Below, piece after piece: positions 61,464 through 64,000 of a DNA stretch of 64,000 nucleotides (within the stretch, counting starts at the first letter, position 1; every line of letters starts with the position of its first letter). The notes under the pieces were generated by a model. That model had not been told where the DNA came from. It saw nothing but the letters and a program-made list of their open reading frames with translations, and ran no database searches. The stretch comes from Clostridia bacterium (GTDB taxonomy: Bacteria; Bacillota; Clostridia; TANB77; CAG-508), in contig JAZUKI010000010.1 of assembly GCA_045643205.1 (NCBI GenBank), positions 96,001 through 160,000 of the forward strand. Reading direction: 5' to 3'. A program made the translations under genes and the position numbers.

Positions 61464-61640
61464 AAATTAATTAAAAAAACAATTTTAACTAATTTTAAAT
61501 TAACAAAAAATAATTTAGAGTTTTTTAAATAATAAAAAATAATTTTAACTAATAAAAAACATAATTATTAATAATTAAATATATTTTTATAAATACAAAA
61601 GATTAAATTTTAAAATACAATATATATGGGGGCAAGATTT

Positions 61641-64000
61641 TTGGAACAGCAAAAAGAAGTAAAAATAGTATTTAATGACTACAGTGCTGATAGCTTCGCA
61701 TTAGCTGATGCACTTGTTTCAAAAGTTAATTTATATAAAAAGACAAATGTAATGGAAATATATCTTGATGCCAAAGAACATATTTCTGTTACTGAGATTC
61801 AAAAGTTTGAAAGGTATGCGATTAAGAGATTTAATTTGCGTGAATGTAAGTTAAAAATTTCTACACCGCATACTGATTTATTGACCACTAATAATTTTGT
61901 AAAGAATGAATGGAATGATTCAATAAAATTTTTGTCTGCAAAAGTTCCTTCAGTTAAAGCTTTCATGAAAGATAGTAAAACAACTTTTACCGAAGATAAT
62001 ATAGAAGTTGAATTAAATGTTAAAGGCAAAGATATACTTACAAAACAAAAAGTTGATAATTACATTTCAGACTTTTTAAAAGATACATATGGACAATGTT
62101 ATAAAGTTTTCTTCAAAGATAATGTAGATTCTGATGCAAAGAGCAGATTAAAAGAAGAAAACATTAATATAATAAAAGAATTTGCTAAGCAAACAGAGAG
62201 CAAAGCAAAAAATGTAGCTTCAAGTGATAACACAAAACCAACTGCAGAAAATAAAACACCAAGTGCAAAAGATAAATCAAATTTTAATAAAAGTAATTCA
62301 AATAATTTATCAAATTCAAATGGTGGAAACCCACCACCAATTGATGATGGTGAAATACCTAAACAAGAAGAGAAACCAGAAGATCCAACATTAATATACG
62401 GAAGAAATTCTAAAGTTGATGAAACATCTATGCAAATTGCTGATATCGGGATGGATACATCAGTTCTTCAAATTAAAGGTGACATAGTTAATTCACCAGA
62501 TCCAACTGAATTAAAGAAAACTGGAAAATTTTTATTTTCATTTGATGTTTATGATGGAACAAGTACAATTACATGTAAAATATTTAGCTTACCTGAGCAA
62601 AAAGGAAAATTAGGAAAGAGATTAAAACCTGGCACAGGAGTTATTGTTAAAGGAAGAGCTGGATATGATAACTTTGCAAAAGAAATTACAGTAATTGCAA
62701 ATACAGTAGTTGAATGTGATCCAATGCCTAGCACTTCTAGAATGGATAATAGCAAAGAGAAAAGAGTTGAACTTCATATGCATACTCAAATGAGTCAAAT
62801 GGATGGTGTTACAGCTGCATCTGATTTGATTAAAAGAGCTATGAAGTGGGGAATGAAATCTATTGCAATAACTGATCATGGTGTTGTTCAATCATTTCCA
62901 GATGCTCATCATTTAATTGATGGTATTGGCTATGGTGAAACGGACTTTAAAGTTATTTATGGAGTTGAAGGATATTTAGTTCCAGATAAAAACTCTGTTG
63001 TAACAAAATATAAAGGTCAATCATTAGAAGGAACAACCTATTGTGTATTCGATTTAGAAACAACAGGTGTTTCTTATAGAACAGATAAAATAACTGAAAT
63101 TGGAATTATAAAATATAAAGATGGTGAAATTATTGATACGTTTGAAAGTTTTGTAAATCCTGAAAGACCAATTCCAATGAAAGTTCAAGAAATAACTAAT
63201 ATTACTGATGAAATGGTTAAAGATGCACCTACTATTGAACAAATACTTCCAAAAGTAATGGAGTTTTTTGGAGATAGTGTTTTAGTTGCACATAATGCTG
63301 ATTTTGATACAGGTTTTATTAGATATAATTGTCAGCTTCAAAATATTCCTTTTGAAAATACTTATTTAGATACTTTACAACTTGCTAAAGAATTATATCC
63401 TGATTTTACAAAATATAAGTTAGGAATAATAGCTGAAAAGTTAGGAATTAAAGTTGAGGTTGCTCATAGAGCTTTAGACGATGTTGAAACAACAGTAAAA
63501 GTTTTAGCAAAAATGTTTGAAGTTTTAAAAGAGAAGAAAGTAAAAAAATTAGAAGATATAGATAAAGTTTTTGAGGGACAAGCAAATTATAAAAAGTTAA
63601 AGAGTTATCATGTTATAATTCTTGCAAAAGATTATGTAGGTCTTAAAAATTTATACAAATTAATTTCTATATCTAATCTTGACTATTTTTATAAACATCC
63701 TTTAATTATGAAATCAATATTGAAAAAATATTCAGAGGGATTAATTGTAGGAAGCGCATGTAATCAAGGAGAATTGTTCCAAGCAATTTTAGCTGGAAAA
63801 GATGAAGAAGAAATAGAAACAATTGCAAGAGAATATGACTATCTTGAAATTCAACCTATTGGAAACAACGAATTTTTAGTTAGAGATGGAACAGTTCAAT
63901 CAGATGAAGATTTACGAAACATAAATAGAAAAATCGTGGAACTTGGAGAAAAGCTTGATAAGCCAGTTTGCGCTACATGTGATGTTCATTTCATGGATCC
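61641..64000 (+). CDS. polC: PolC-type DNA polymerase III alpha subunit, partial (runs off the window)
   Basis: TTG start; KRVELHMHTQMSQMDG, AITDHG, inserted exonuclease VFDLETTG/VAHNADFD/AHRALDD, CATCDVHF. Confidence 0.96.
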   Translation, partial: MEQQKEVKIVFNDYSADSFALADALVSKVNLYKKTNVMEIYLDAKEHISVTEIQKFERYAIKRFNLRECKLKISTPHTDLLTTNNFVKNEWNDSIKFLSAKVPSVKAFMKDSKTTFTEDNIEVELNVKGKDILTKQKVDNYISDFLKDTYGQCYKVFFKDNVDSDAKSRLKEENINIIKEFAKQTESKAKNVASSDNTKPTAENKTPSAKDKSNFNKSNSNNLSNSNGGNPPPIDDGEIPKQEEKPEDPTLIYGRNSKVDETSMQIADIGMDTSVLQIKGDIVNSPDPTELKKTGKFLFSFDVYDGTSTITCKIFSLPEQKGKLGKRLKPGTGVIVKGRAGYDNFAKEITVIANTVVECDPMPSTSRMDNSKEKRVELHMHTQMSQMDGVTAASDLIKRAMKWGMKSIAITDHGVVQSFPDAHHLIDGIGYGETDFKVIYGVEGYLVPDKNSVVTKYKGQSLEGTTYCVFDLETTGVSYRTDKITEIGIIKYKDGEIIDTFESFVNPERPIPMKVQEITNITDEMVKDAPTIEQILPKVMEFFGDSVLVAHNADFDTGFIRYNCQLQNIPFENTYLDTLQLAKELYPDFTKYKLGIIAEKLGIKVEVAHRALDDVETTVKVLAKMFEVLKEKKVKKLEDIDKVFEGQANYKKLKSYHVIILAKDYVGLKNLYKLISISNLDYFYKHPLIMKSILKKYSEGLIVGSACNQGELFQAILAGKDEEEIETIAREYDYLEIQPIGNNEFLVRDGTVQSDEDLRNINRKIVELGEKLDKPVCATCDVHFMD

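Noticed and set aside
3236-63242. Many antisense or alternate-frame ORFs (e.g. 3236-3664, 17810-18346, 20860-21180, 36464-37015, 59859-60269)
   Set aside because: Overlap well-supported genes and are Ser/Phe/Leu/Ile-rich mirrors of purine-rich coding strands, without RBS or motifs

Overview
AT-rich core chromosome of a Bacillota (Clostridia-like) bacterium; almost all genes lie on the + strand. It has about 59 CDS, mostly housekeeping: rimP-nusA-infB-rbfA-nrnA-truB, prmC-whiA-hemW, cdaA-truA-tig-clpP-clpX, recG, recN, lysS, tsaD, ireB-ruvX-efp, glyA-thyX, split transketolase, galE, yebC, ychF and pyrH-frr-uppS-cdsA-polC. Three RNA genes are absent from the ORF track: 6S RNA, tRNA-Trp(CCA) and tmRNA. 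I saw no CRISPR array, IS element, integrase or prophage. Conserved operons repeatedly lack their usual partners, which suggests a streamlined lineage; an uncultured gut clade such as TANB77 is an unverified guess. Best candidates for new biology: (1) a chromosomal cluster of G5/glucosaminidase, VirB2-like pilin, a 1151-aa receiver/low-complexity/degenerate MinD-CpaE ATPase and a dead GAF-GGDEF protein; (2) three tandem Tim44/Zn-ribbon paralogues, two with 5' frameshifts at slippery-looking sites; (3) a tRNA-Trp with a 4-bp anticodon stem, in a window where no gene ends in TGA; (4) a stand-alone phage-type DnaB helicase and a split-motif ThyX; (5) a GH57/DUF4912/GT4 alpha-glucan locus with a histone-like repeat. 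All family calls are by-eye motif recognition; no searches were run.
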